A stretch of DNA of 32,000 bases from Candidatus Kuenenia stuttgartensis (GCF_900232105.1 NZ_LT934425.1:990001-1022000); one strand, 5' to 3'; numbered from the stretch's first letter, positions 1 to 7,211 are shown. Program-made: numbers and translations. Notes: generated by a model from the sequence alone, not told the origin.

Positions 1-353
1 GTCCCAATCACCTTAAGTCCTAAAACTTTTGCCTGGAGTCTTGCAATCTTTTCGTCTATCAGCACATGCTGGATACCTTTTTCTTTTGCCAGGATGATAA
101 CTTCTGCCTCACCTTGCTCCAGTTCATACAACAATTTTATCTTCTCAATATCGTGAACTTTTTCAATTCTTACCCATTCGCAAGTTTCCAGTTCATAAAC
201 GCCAAAACTTTTTCTTCCACCAGCCATAATCTCTTCTTTGACATGCAGTGGGACACAAACGTCCGTATAAAGCTTTTCAAGTAACGGAATCTGACCACAT
301 ATTGAAAGGGCAATCCAAGGAGATGTATTGACCACGATTCCTTTATCTGTCAC
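1..353 (-). CDS. PIN-like toxin, DUF3368 family (3' end cut by window edge)
   Basis: Reverse translation from GTG at 353 gives VTDKGIVVNTSPWIALSICGQIPLLEKLY...EQGEAEVIILAKEKGIQHVLIDEKIARLQAKVLGLKVIGT. This is colinear with the 160-aa paralog at 4359-4841. It overlaps the upstream antitoxin stop by 11 nt. The + strand track ORF 66-284 is its antisense shadow. Confidence 0.7.
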   Translation of the reverse strand, partial: MTDKGIVVNTSPWIALSICGQIPLLEKLYTDVCVPLHVKEEIMAGGRKSFGVYELETCEWVRIEKVHDIEKIKLLYELEQGEAEVIILAKEKGIQHVLIDEKIARLQAKVLGLKVIG

Positions 354-627
354 TTCTGGCTTCCTCTAGTATTTCTTCCAAATCCATCTGAAATGGAGAA
401 ACCTTGTATTTTTTTAATCTCATCAAAAACTCAACCCTGCTCAGACCAGCCATCTTTGCAGCCTTACCAGAAGATATTTTGCCAAGCTCATAAAGTTTTA
501 ATGCTAAAAGATATCTTGCTTCATCTTCGAACTCTTCTCTGGTTTCCTTAAGAGAGAGCAGGACATCATCTGAATATTTTATAGTAAGTACATTTTCTTT
601 CATTAATTTTATCTCCTCTTCCAACAA
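343..627 (-). CDS. UPF0175-family antitoxin (HTH-like)
   Basis: The 94-aa ORF contains ...ARYLLALKLYELGKISSGKAAKMAGLSRVEFLMRLKKYKVSPF, the UPF0175 pattern. It is a paralog of 4838-5119 and sits directly upstream of, and overlapping, the PIN-like ORF. Confidence 0.75.
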   Translation of the reverse strand: MLEEEIKLMKENVLTIKYSDDVLLSLKETREEFEDEARYLLALKLYELGKISSGKAAKMAGLSRVEFLMRLKKYKVSPFQMDLEEILEEARSDR

Positions 628-640
628 GGTTTGTCAAGCA

Positions 641-723
641 AATATTTGGGGTCAGACCTTGAATATAGAATACAAAATTCAGCCCGCATCTTTTTAAGTA
701 TTCTTTGTAATTATTTTTGCCAC
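641..723. repeat. Repeat family A, copy 1 (5' 83 bp only)
   Basis: aatatttggggtcagaccttgaatatagaatacaaaattcagcccgcatctttttaagtattctttgtaattatttttgccac is near-identical to the starts of 5237-5480 and 6868-7112. It is truncated after ...tttttgccac, where it abuts the 120-bp element half. Confidence 0.85.
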
Positions 724-767
724 CAGATGAACACTGCTAAAAATTTCTTTATAACCTCTTATAAATA
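721..767. repeat. Left half of the ~120-bp CACGGATGAACAC palindromic element, split by the IS
   Basis: caccagatgaacactgctaaaaatttctttataacctcttataaata matches the left half of the intact element at 3142-3261. The right half resumes at 2991. Confidence 0.8.
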
Positions 768-2990
768 TAGCCAAACAAATATGATTTTAGGAATTTGGCA
801 ATAAAATGGCTTTCTAAAAAACAGATTTATTTGACTAAGCATACTATACAACCCCCTTTCCGGAAAGATTTCAACAAAATCCTTATTTTAAGCGGGTTTC
901 CACAAATTCAAAATAATATGTAGTCGCAGAATAAATGGCCTATTTATTAATACAAATCCTTTATAACCCTATAAATACTGACTTGACAAAATATTTTATT
1001 AATGATAGTGTAGTCAAAGAATATTGGGACTACATTATGCACCTTACTTATAGCGATTCTAAATACAAAGGGAAAACCTATAAATCTTACTCTATTGCCG
1101 AATCCTACAGGGATGGCAAAAAGGTCAGAAAAAGAATACTTTGGCCCATCGGGAAACTTTCCGATATTCAAGCCGAGCAAATCAAACTGATATGTAAAAC
1201 AGTTGAAAACACAGATCAATTGCAGACTCAGCTCAAAGACGTTGCAGTCCTGGAAAGCAGGGCATATCTCGATATAGCCGTTGTTAATGAGTTGTGGAAC
1301 CAGTGGCAGCTTGATCAGGCTTTTGACTACGATGTCACTGCAGGCGCCCTTCCTACCAATATGATTGCAAAGATACTGACTATTAACAGGTGCACCGATC
1401 CGTGTTCTCATTATTCCATTCCTCATTGGGCGAAAAAGAGCGCGCTGGAGGACATTCTTAAAATTGATCTTTCAGGCCTAAATGACGATAAAATCTATTA
1501 TGAATTAGATAAAATACACAAAAACAAAATATCTATAGAGAACCACCTTTTTAACCAAACCTTCTGGAAACGTCCGGAATCCTATAAATTTATCAACTAC
1601 GACCTAACTACTTCCTACTTTGTGGGATATAACTGTGATCTATCGGCATTTGGCAAGGGCAAAATAGAGTGTCATGGCAGGCGGCAGGTCTTACTGGGTG
1701 TTCTTATCAACTCTGAGGGATATCCTTTCAAATGGGATGTATTCCCCGGGAACACCGCTGAGGTAAAAACCCTCAAACAGAATATCAATGCCTGTAAAAC
1801 CAGATTCAAATTGACTGATAAAAACGTCACCCTTGTATTTGACAGAGGCATAATCTCTGAGGACAATGCCAATTTGATAGAAGAAGCCAAACTCAAATAC
1901 ATCTCGGCATTGGATAGAAATCAGATACCCTCTTGCGGTGTCAGTTTAAAGTCTCTTAATGGGTTATCCATAGAAGATAAGGACGCCTCCGATATACCTA
2001 TCCCGCAAGGGTTTTTAAACTATGATGATGAATTATACTACCATGACAATGGCGTCATAGGAAACAAGCGTTTTATTACCGGTTTTAATCCCACTTTATT
2101 TATAGAAGACCGCAATAATAGAGACGAGAAAATAACCTTTTTTAAGGATTATCTCAAAGAAGAGAATAAAAACCTTAAAAATGCCCAAAGAGACCGGCAA
2201 TATGACGCAACAAAGAGCCGCATTGTAGATGAGCTGAAAAGGTTAAAGATTCATAAATATTTCGAAGACCCTGTTCTGACGTCCATCACCGTTACCCATA
2301 GACTGAAAAACGGGCAGGTCAAATCCGTCAAAAGTTTCAAAATAGAAATCAAGCTGTTAACTGATGTTATAGCCGCAGATAGATTGTTGGATGGCGTATG
2401 TGTTTTTATCACTAACCATACAGAACGGGAAGATGGAGGTGCGTTTAAAGCAAAACCCCAATCTATAGTTAGAGCCTATCGGGACAAGACAAAAATAGAA
2501 GATGTCTTTAAAAATGTAAAATCGTTCTTAAAAATCAGGCCCTTCTTTGTCAATACCGAGGCACATGTTAAAGCCGTCTATACTATCTGCATCCTGGCAT
2601 ATTTTATAAACCGTTATCTATCAAACCAACGAAAGGCAATAGGAGAAAAAGATTTTTTAAACTCAAAGGAACTCTATGCGCCGTTCAAAGATATAGATAT
2701 CGCCACTCTTGAGGCTAAAAATACCGGTGAAACCTTAAAGAAAGCCGTGAAACTTCCCGCCGTCACACAAATGCTATTGGAAAAACTTGGAATGTCCAAT
2801 GTTGTTTTCGGCCAGTAATTAAAAGACTTCCAAAAGACATGTAGTCGCAGAATCAATGTTTATAAGTGTTTGCCAAATTTGACTTTAGTAATTTCTTTCC
2901 GGAACATGGGATACAAGCACGCCCCTTAATTCCCTCTTTATAGAAGGGACGGGAGGTGTAAATTTTTCGAAAACCTTATTTGTTTGACTA
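768..2990 (+). mobile_element. Insertion sequence, IS1634/IS4-type (about 2.2 kb)
   Basis: Imperfect terminal inverted repeats: tagccaaacaaatatgatttt (768-) versus the reverse complement of ...aaaaccttatttgtttgacta (-2990). There is a single DDE transposase ORF. The flanks rejoin to the uninterrupted element seen at 3142-3261 (cttataaata|actacagatg). The duplication of flanking bases is ambiguous (TA or ATA). Confidence 0.8.
935..2818 (+). CDS. IS1634-family (IS4 superfamily) DDE transposase
   Basis: 627 aa. The N-terminus ...YKSYSIAESYRDGKKVRKRILWPIGKLS is typical of IS1634 transposases. Also present are VFDRGIISEDN and a C-terminal YRDKTKIEDVFKNVKSFLK (E-x6-K signature of IS4-type enzymes). 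Confidence 0.9.
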   Translation: MAYLLIQILYNPINTDLTKYFINDSVVKEYWDYIMHLTYSDSKYKGKTYKSYSIAESYRDGKKVRKRILWPIGKLSDIQAEQIKLICKTVENTDQLQTQLKDVAVLESRAYLDIAVVNELWNQWQLDQAFDYDVTAGALPTNMIAKILTINRCTDPCSHYSIPHWAKKSALEDILKIDLSGLNDDKIYYELDKIHKNKISIENHLFNQTFWKRPESYKFINYDLTTSYFVGYNCDLSAFGKGKIECHGRRQVLLGVLINSEGYPFKWDVFPGNTAEVKTLKQNINACKTRFKLTDKNVTLVFDRGIISEDNANLIEEAKLKYISALDRNQIPSCGVSLKSLNGLSIEDKDASDIPIPQGFLNYDDELYYHDNGVIGNKRFITGFNPTLFIEDRNNRDEKITFFKDYLKEENKNLKNAQRDRQYDATKSRIVDELKRLKIHKYFEDPVLTSITVTHRLKNGQVKSVKSFKIEIKLLTDVIAADRLLDGVCVFITNHTEREDGGAFKAKPQSIVRAYRDKTKIEDVFKNVKSFLKIRPFFVNTEAHVKAVYTICILAYFINRYLSNQRKAIGEKDFLNSKELYAPFKDIDIATLEAKNTGETLKKAVKLPAVTQMLLEKLGMSNVVFGQ

Positions 2991-3057
2991 TAACTACAGA
3001 TGAACTCTGAGAAACACGGTTAAAGAGGTTAATAATATTGATCCGTGTTCATCCGTG
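2991..3057. repeat. Right half of the CACGGATGAACAC element split by the IS
   Basis: taactacagatgaactctgagaaacacggttaaagaggttaataatattgatccgtgttcatccgtg matches 3196-3261. Confidence 0.8.
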
Positions 3058-3075
3058 TGAATTCGTGGTTAAGTT

Positions 3076-3133
3076 TTAGTACACTAATCTTTTCCATTCG
3101 AGCTTCGGTTTGCCAAAATTTACTATAATACCT
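3076..3133 (-). pseudogene. GxxExxY gene remnant (last ~19 codons plus stop only)
   Basis: ttagtacactaatcttttccattcgagcttcggtttgccaaaatttactataatacct is near-identical to the 3' end of the intact gene (3456-3513). The flanking gtgaattcgtggttaa is shared too. The rest of the ORF is deleted and the fragment joins directly to ...gttaaccacggatgaacac. Confidence 0.7.
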
Positions 3134-3141
3134 TTGTTAAC

Positions 3142-3261
3142 CACGGATGAACACTGATGAACACTGATAAAAATTTCTTTATAACCTCTTATAAATAACT
3201 ACAGATGAACTCTGAGAAACTCGGTTAAAGAGGTTGATAATATTGATCCGTGTTCATCCGT
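3142..3261. repeat. Intact ~120-bp palindromic element (termini CACGGATGAACAC / GTGTTCATCCGT)
   Basis: cacggatgaacactgatgaacactgataaaaatttctttataacctcttataaataactacagatgaactctgagaaactcggttaaagaggttgataatattgatccgtgttcatccgt. The terminal 12-13 nt are inverted repeats. Halves recur at 721-767, 2991-3057 and 3849-3914. Confidence 0.85.
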
Positions 3262-3361
3262 ACTACAATCCATCAACTTCTTGTTTTTTATGCTCGTTTT
3301 TCAAGCTGCACAAACGTAAGGCATTAATTAAATGATGCCTACGTAAAGTTTGGAGTATTGA

Positions 3362-3436
3362 GTTTTTGTCATTTGAAATTGTTTTGTATTTAGATATTCG
3401 TATTTCGAATTTGGTTGCGGCCAAAGGCCGCGCCAA
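3362..3436. repeat. Repeat family G (inverted paralog at 10343-10425)
   Basis: The reverse complement of tttttgtcatttgaaattgttttgtatttagatattcgtatttcgaatttggttgcggccaaaggccgcgcc aligns with ggccaggcctttggctgaaaccaaattcgaaatactaatatcgaaatacgaaacaaattcaaatgacaaaaa at 10343-10425. Confidence 0.7.
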
Positions 3437-3455
3437 GTGAATTCGTGGTTAAATT

Positions 3456-3824
3456 TTAGTACACTAATCTTTTCCATTCGAGCTTCGGGTTGCCAAAATT
3501 TACTATAATACCTATTTTTATCCCTGTTGCTTTCAAGTAGTTTATTAGTTGTGCTTCATGTTGGGGGCTTAGTTCTTTGACTGCTTTTAATTCAATAATA
3601 ACTCTGTCCTCAACGAGGATATCTGTATAAAAATCTCCAACTACTTTGCCTCTAAATAATACCTTGAGTGGCGCCTGCGCTTTTGCATCTATCTTCTTGT
3701 CAAAAAGGGCAATAGTTAATGCTTTTTCATATACACTTTCAAGAAAACCTGTTCCGAGCTCATTTGAAACCTCAAAACATGCACCAATAATTTTCTCAGT
3801 TAAATCTTTTTCTAATAATTCCAT
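3456..3824 (-). CDS. GxxExxY protein (PD-(D/E)XK nuclease-like superfamily)
   Basis: 122 aa. Contains GTGFLESVYEKAL (the GxxExxY motif), ...DILVEDRVIIELKAV... (D/ExK-like) and NYLKATGIKIGIIVNFG, the typical family architecture. Confidence 0.85.
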   Translation of the reverse strand: MELLEKDLTEKIIGACFEVSNELGTGFLESVYEKALTIALFDKKIDAKAQAPLKVLFRGKVVGDFYTDILVEDRVIIELKAVKELSPQHEAQLINYLKATGIKIGIIVNFGNPKLEWKRLVY

Positions 3825-3848
3825 GTCAGTTTAACTCCTTATGTTAAC

Positions 3849-3914
3849 CACGGATGAACACTGATGAACACTGATAAAAATTTCTTTATAACCTCTTATA
3901 AATAACTACGGATG
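3849..3914. repeat. Left half of the CACGGATGAACAC element (upstream of the GxxExxY gene)
   Basis: cacggatgaacactgatgaacactgataaaaatttctttataacctcttataaataactacggatg is identical in layout to 3142-3207. Similarity stops where the group II intron remnant begins. Confidence 0.8.
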
Positions 3915-3918
3915 TACA

Positions 3919-4330
3919 GTAGAGTAGAAACCAGACGACAAGAACTTAGGCAGAAGTTTGTTTTCTCTGTTTGCTGGCTGGTTTCCCGCCAGTGCCACCA
4001 TATCTCCGCCATATACTTATCATCTGCCCCCCTCGTCAAACCGTGCATGCGATTTTCCCGCACACGGCTTTCCGACAGTCTTCTTCTTAAGCTTTCACAG
4101 GTTGTCTGACAGAAACATATTTTGTCGGGTCTATTAGCCCATATCTATTGACTAATTCCTTAAACGCTCCTCGATTATAGAGCTTGCTCCTGCGCTGACT
4201 TTTCCTCTTATAATATCTCGTCAATCTCCTGAAAAGATAATATCGTAGGTCTCTTCTTCCTGTTTGGCTTTTCGATATAGTTTACGCTGAAAGTCTCGGA
4301 CTCTTTCCTCATCGCTCATTTGCGATTTCG
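3919..4330 (-). mobile_element. Group II intron 3' remnant (internally deleted IEP ORF, domain V, domain VI)
   Basis: On the minus strand, MSDEERVRDFQRKLYRKAKQEEE... (4320 downward) is a typical group II RT N-terminus, but a stop follows after 32 codons. A later frame gives ...NRYGLIDPTKYVSVRQPVKA*, a typical IEP C-terminus. A domain V-like hairpin follows, then GAAACCAG...CTGGTTTCTACTCTAC (domain VI-like, intron-3'-end-like). Domains I-III are absent because the TA gene stop lies 38 nt upstream. Confidence 0.6.
4038..4071 (-). ncRNA. Group II intron domain V
   Basis: The minus strand reads AAGCCGUGUGCGGGAAAAUCGCAUGCACGGUUUG. This matches the 34-nt domain V consensus pattern: AGC triad, a two-part helix and a GAAA-type loop (compare GAGCCGUAUGCGAUGAAAGUCGCACGUACGGUUC). 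Confidence 0.65.
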
Positions 4331-4358
4331 GTATTGATAGACTGAGAAACTCCAAGCT

Positions 4359-4841
4359 TTATCTTTTTTCTTTCCCCAGTAAAAGCGCATTATCATAAAG
4401 ATATTCGCTTATATAGATTCCCTCAGTTAACAGCTTATCAAGAGAATGCTTTAATTGCAGAATCTTTCCCTGCTTCTTTGCATCTAACAAAATTCCTATG
4501 GTGCCGGTGACATTGAGTCCATTCAATTTAGCGACCTTCCTGGCTTTATCCTCGTCTATAATAACAAGGCCGATATCCTTTTCTTGAGCCAGGACGATTA
4601 CCTCTGCCTCTCCTTCATCAATGATTAACCCAAGTGCTGTCTTTGCTTTAATGTCTAAAACATCCGCCTTCCTGTTTTCCCCCCATTTTTCAATGACAGA
4701 AGCCTTTCGTTTCCCTTTCCTCGTTGTCTCTTTAAAAACGGCGTTAGGGATATATATTTCTTCAAAAAGTTCATCCAGCAAAGACAATCTGTCAATAATA
4801 GCCAGGGAGATGAGTGGTGTGGAATTGATTACCGCCTTCAT
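4359..4841 (-). CDS. PIN-like toxin, DUF3368 family
   Basis: 160 aa: MKAVINSTPLISLAIIDRLSLL...DEGEAEVIVLAQEKDIGLVIIDEDKARKVAKLNGLNVTGTIGILL. It has a 4-nt overlap with the upstream UPF0175 gene and is a paralog of 1-353. Confidence 0.8.
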   Translation of the reverse strand: MKAVINSTPLISLAIIDRLSLLDELFEEIYIPNAVFKETTRKGKRKASVIEKWGENRKADVLDIKAKTALGLIIDEGEAEVIVLAQEKDIGLVIIDEDKARKVAKLNGLNVTGTIGILLDAKKQGKILQLKHSLDKLLTEGIYISEYLYDNALLLGKEKR

Positions 4842-5119
4842 CTTAAGGCTTCCCTTGCCTTTTGGATACTGCGTAAGTCCTCTTCCAGTTCTTCCGGTGG
4901 GTAGTTATACACAGATATCTTGTTATTGGATAACAATTCCATGAAATCTAATTTGCTCATCTCTGCCAATTCAGCAGCCTTTCCCAAGGATAGTTTACCT
5001 ATTTCAAAGAACTTGATGGCAGCAAATATTTTCACATCTTTAAGGAACTCTGCCGGCTTTTCATTTAGAGCCAGTAATATATCTTCAGCAACGGACAGTT
5101 CCATCTTTTTTACCAACAT
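4838..5119 (-). CDS. UPF0175-family antitoxin
   Basis: 93 aa: ...AAIKFFEIGKLSLGKAAELAEMSKLDFMELLSNNKISV. It is a paralog of 343-627 and is translationally coupled to the PIN-like gene. Confidence 0.8.
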   Translation of the reverse strand: MLVKKMELSVAEDILLALNEKPAEFLKDVKIFAAIKFFEIGKLSLGKAAELAEMSKLDFMELLSNNKISVYNYPPEELEEDLRSIQKAREALR

Positions 5120-5236
5120 TTCGGCATCTCCTTATGAAAAATAGAAAAAATAGGTCCAACTCAGCCTCGTCGGGATAAGTATCCTTGAGAACTTCTATCT
5201 TATGCAATAACTCCATTGTCAATCCCTCCTTCTGAA

Positions 5237-5480
5237 AAGTATTTGGGCTCAGACCTTGAATATAGAATACAAAATTCAGCCCGCATCTTTTTAAGTATTC
5301 TTTGTAATTATTTTTGCCACTAATGGACTAAGACACAAACGGGTAAATTCCAAATAACAAATCCCAAAAATCAAATAACAGACAACATCCAATTTAGTAA
5401 TTACTGCACAACAAAGCCTGCCCTCATGGAAATAGTGTACGCAAAGAAAAGCAGATCATAAACATATTTTAGCCGTGAAT
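5237..5480. repeat. Repeat family A, copy 2 (full length, ~240 bp)
   Basis: Near-identical to 6868-7112 over its whole length (aaaagtatttgggctcagaccttgaatatagaa...tttttgccac...ggactaagacacaaacgggtaaattccaaataacaaatcccaaaaatcaaataacagacaacatccaatttagtaattactgcacaacaaagcctgcc...). Confidence 0.9.
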
Positions 5481-5541
5481 AAAAGATAGACAGGATCAGC
5501 CCTTGTAACTATTTAGCGTAAACATTACACGACTCCCCGCA

Positions 5542-5932
5542 GGTTCAGGTTTGTAACCCAATGTCATTAAGTTAAGCAACCTGCCAGAAAAGTCCCCCTT
5601 AATAAAGGAGGAAAAAGGGGGTTGTTTTTAATAAAATAATTCTTAACACCTTAGTTATTTGAAAAATCCAAGGGGATATAAAAAACAATGTAGCCCCTTT
5701 AGGGGCGGTCTGTTTGTAGCGCAATAAAATTCAACAGGTAAATAGCTCCATAGGAGCGGCCTGTATATGCTTGACAGGAAGACAGGCCGCTCCTGACGGA
5801 GCTAATATCTGTTATGGTATCCTATCTACTACAAACAGGTTGCTCCTACGGAGCTTATCGGTAATACGTTTTTTTTAAACCAAAGTGTTACAATAATTCT
5901 TAACTTAATGACATTGGTTTGTAACCTGAACC
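5542..5932. repeat. Second-layer palindromic element (TIR ggttcaggtt..aatgtcattaagttaag)
   Basis: ggttcaggtttgtaacccaatgtcattaagttaag (5542-5576) pairs with cttaacttaatgacattggtttgtaacctgaacc (5899-5932). A solo hairpin version, ggttcaggttacaaacctgaacc, lies at 6073-6095. Confidence 0.75.
5643..5891. repeat. Family B MITE copy B1 (TIR ~GTAACACTTTAGTTTTTTGAAAAA) with 8-bp TSD
   Basis: ttaacaccttagttatttgaaaaa (left end) pairs with ttttttttaaaccaaagtgttac (right end). The direct duplication aataattc occurs at 5635-5642 and 5892-5899. It carries an inner palindrome, tagctccataggagcggcctgt...acaggccgctcctgacggagcta. Confidence 0.75.
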
Positions 5933-6332
5933 TATGAGTTTATGCGTATAATGGGGCCATGTACTGCGGTAAAATTCCAATGCCCAAATCACAAAATCCC
6001 TGTTTGGAACCTGGAATTTATTTGTCATTTGTTCTGCTAATAGAAGGCTGAATTGAAAGTATAAAACGTTTGGTTCAGGTTACAAACCTGAACCCGCGAA
6101 TGTAGTTTCCATTGCCATTACGTTCCCAAACAGATACTTCACTATGTTCAGTACAAGGTTTGAGAACGAGTTGTGCTTCGGTAGTTTAATAGATTACGCT
6201 GAATAGTTACCAGCCCTTTATAATTCAAATGCCTAATACGAGAAACAACCCTGACAGGGATTTAAACCCTGTCAGGGTTAATACATTTTCAGGTTAAGGT
6301 TAATAAGTTAAAGATAAATAGAGCATATATAT

Positions 6333-6545
6333 TTACACAGAGACAGACATTTTCTCAGTTTTTTCGTCTACAGCACGAATAATCTGTTGGATTGTATCTG
6401 CTTCTGCCTCATCAAAGTATACTTCGCCACATTGCGCGCACACCCAGGCAGGAATAGTATCCAACATCAGATGATAGCTTTTACGATCAATGTGGAAAGG
6501 TGCAGTTCCCCGCTCCATTTCACCTTGACAATACATACATTTCAT
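6333..6545 (-). CDS. YgiT-type zinc-finger protein (MqsA-like antitoxin N-domain, no HTH)
   Basis: 70 aa: MKCMYCQGEMERGTAPFHIDRKSYHLMLDTIPAWVCAQCGEVYFDEAEADTIQ. It has two CxxC pairs in the YgiT layout and is coupled to the upstream DUF4258 ORF by a 1-nt overlap. Confidence 0.75.
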   Translation of the reverse strand: MKCMYCQGEMERGTAPFHIDRKSYHLMLDTIPAWVCAQCGEVYFDEAEADTIQQIIRAVDEKTEKMSVSV

Positions 6546-6796
6546 TATAGTTTCCTCCTTTTAAAATTCTCTTCCCATTCCTGCTCGCTTAGAAGGTAAG
6601 CAGTAATAACGGCCGGATATTCTGTTTTCGGTGAACAGACAACATGTATTGGACGATTGCTTTCTCCCTGACCAGGAATAAGACAACTATGGCCACGAAC
6701 ATCTTCCGGATAATCTTCTACCAGTTCTCCATTTCCGATAGCAAGGCAAACTTCAGCCATGCTTATCATTCTATCAGGACGTGACATTTGTCTCAC
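6545..6796 (-). CDS. DUF4258-family putative toxin (start uncertain)
   Basis: ...HAVRQMSRPDRMISMAEVCLAIGNGELVEDYPEDVRGHSCLIPGQGESNRPIHVVCSP fits the DUF4258 pattern. The track start is a GTG. The same frame stays open upstream to about 6869 (YIYEYSESCRQSAEKRILVLPHAV...) without an ATG. Confidence 0.65.
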   Translation of the reverse strand: MRQMSRPDRMISMAEVCLAIGNGELVEDYPEDVRGHSCLIPGQGESNRPIHVVCSPKTEYPAVITAYLLSEQEWEENFKRRKL

Positions 6797-6867
6797 AGCA
6801 TGAGGAAGAACTAAAATCCTCTTTTCTGCACTTTGCCTGCAAGACTCAGAATATTCATAAATATATT

Positions 6868-7112
6868 AAAAGTATTTGGGCTCAGACCTTGAATATAGAA
6901 AACAAAATTCAGCCCACATCTTTTTAAGTATTCTTTGTAATTATTTTTGCCACGAAGGGACTAAGACACAAACGGGTAAATTCCAAATAACAAATCCCAA
7001 AAATCAAATAACAGACAACATCCAATTTAGTAATTACTGCACAACAAAGCCTGCCTTCATGGAAATAGTGTACGCAAAGAAAAGCAAATTAAAAACATAT
7101 TTAGCCACAAAT
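6868..7112. repeat. Repeat family A, copy 3 (full length)
   Basis: Near-identical to 5237-5480. It is followed by a further repeat module at 7113-7180 (tccgtacgataaccttcggttccctacagggcaggcacggataaacacagataaaaaaa) that recurs at 9703-9760. Confidence 0.9.
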
Positions 7113-7211
7113 TAAATCCGTACGATAACCTTCGGTTCCCTACAGGGCAGGCACGGATAAACACAGATAAAAAAACGAATCCCAATTTCTCCAGGATATA
7201 TTTAACTTCGG

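Larger units (their letters stand above)
5505..6210. mobile_element. Composite non-autonomous element (outer layer of nested MITEs) with 8-bp TSD
   Basis: Terminal inverted repeats are gtaactatttagcgtaa (5505-5521) and ttacgctgaatagttac (6194-6210), matching 16/17. The element is flanked by a direct duplication cagccctt at 5497-5504 and 6211-6218. It has no ORF of its own. Confidence 0.75.

Noticed and set aside
3912-4109. A 65-aa + strand track ORF.
   Set aside because: It lies antisense to the group II intron domain V/VI relic. The sequence is explained by the intron RNA structure rather than coding.
5085-5216. A 43-codon minus-strand ORF (MELLHKIEVLKDTYPDEAELDLFFLFF...) with a strong AAGGAGG RBS, upstream of the second UPF0175 gene.
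   Set aside because: Its second half overlaps the antitoxin start out of frame and reads as low-complexity junk. There is no counterpart upstream of the paralogous TA pair at 343-627. It may be a relic, but the evidence is insufficient to call a gene.
641-7112. Family A repeats as integron attC sites, with the TA cassettes as an integron array.
   Set aside because: I could find no RYYYAAC...GTTRRRY boundary signature. The repeat (up to 240 bp) is longer and less symmetric than typical attC, and no intI gene or attI is in the window. The idea is kept only as an alternative to test in the TA-array finding.
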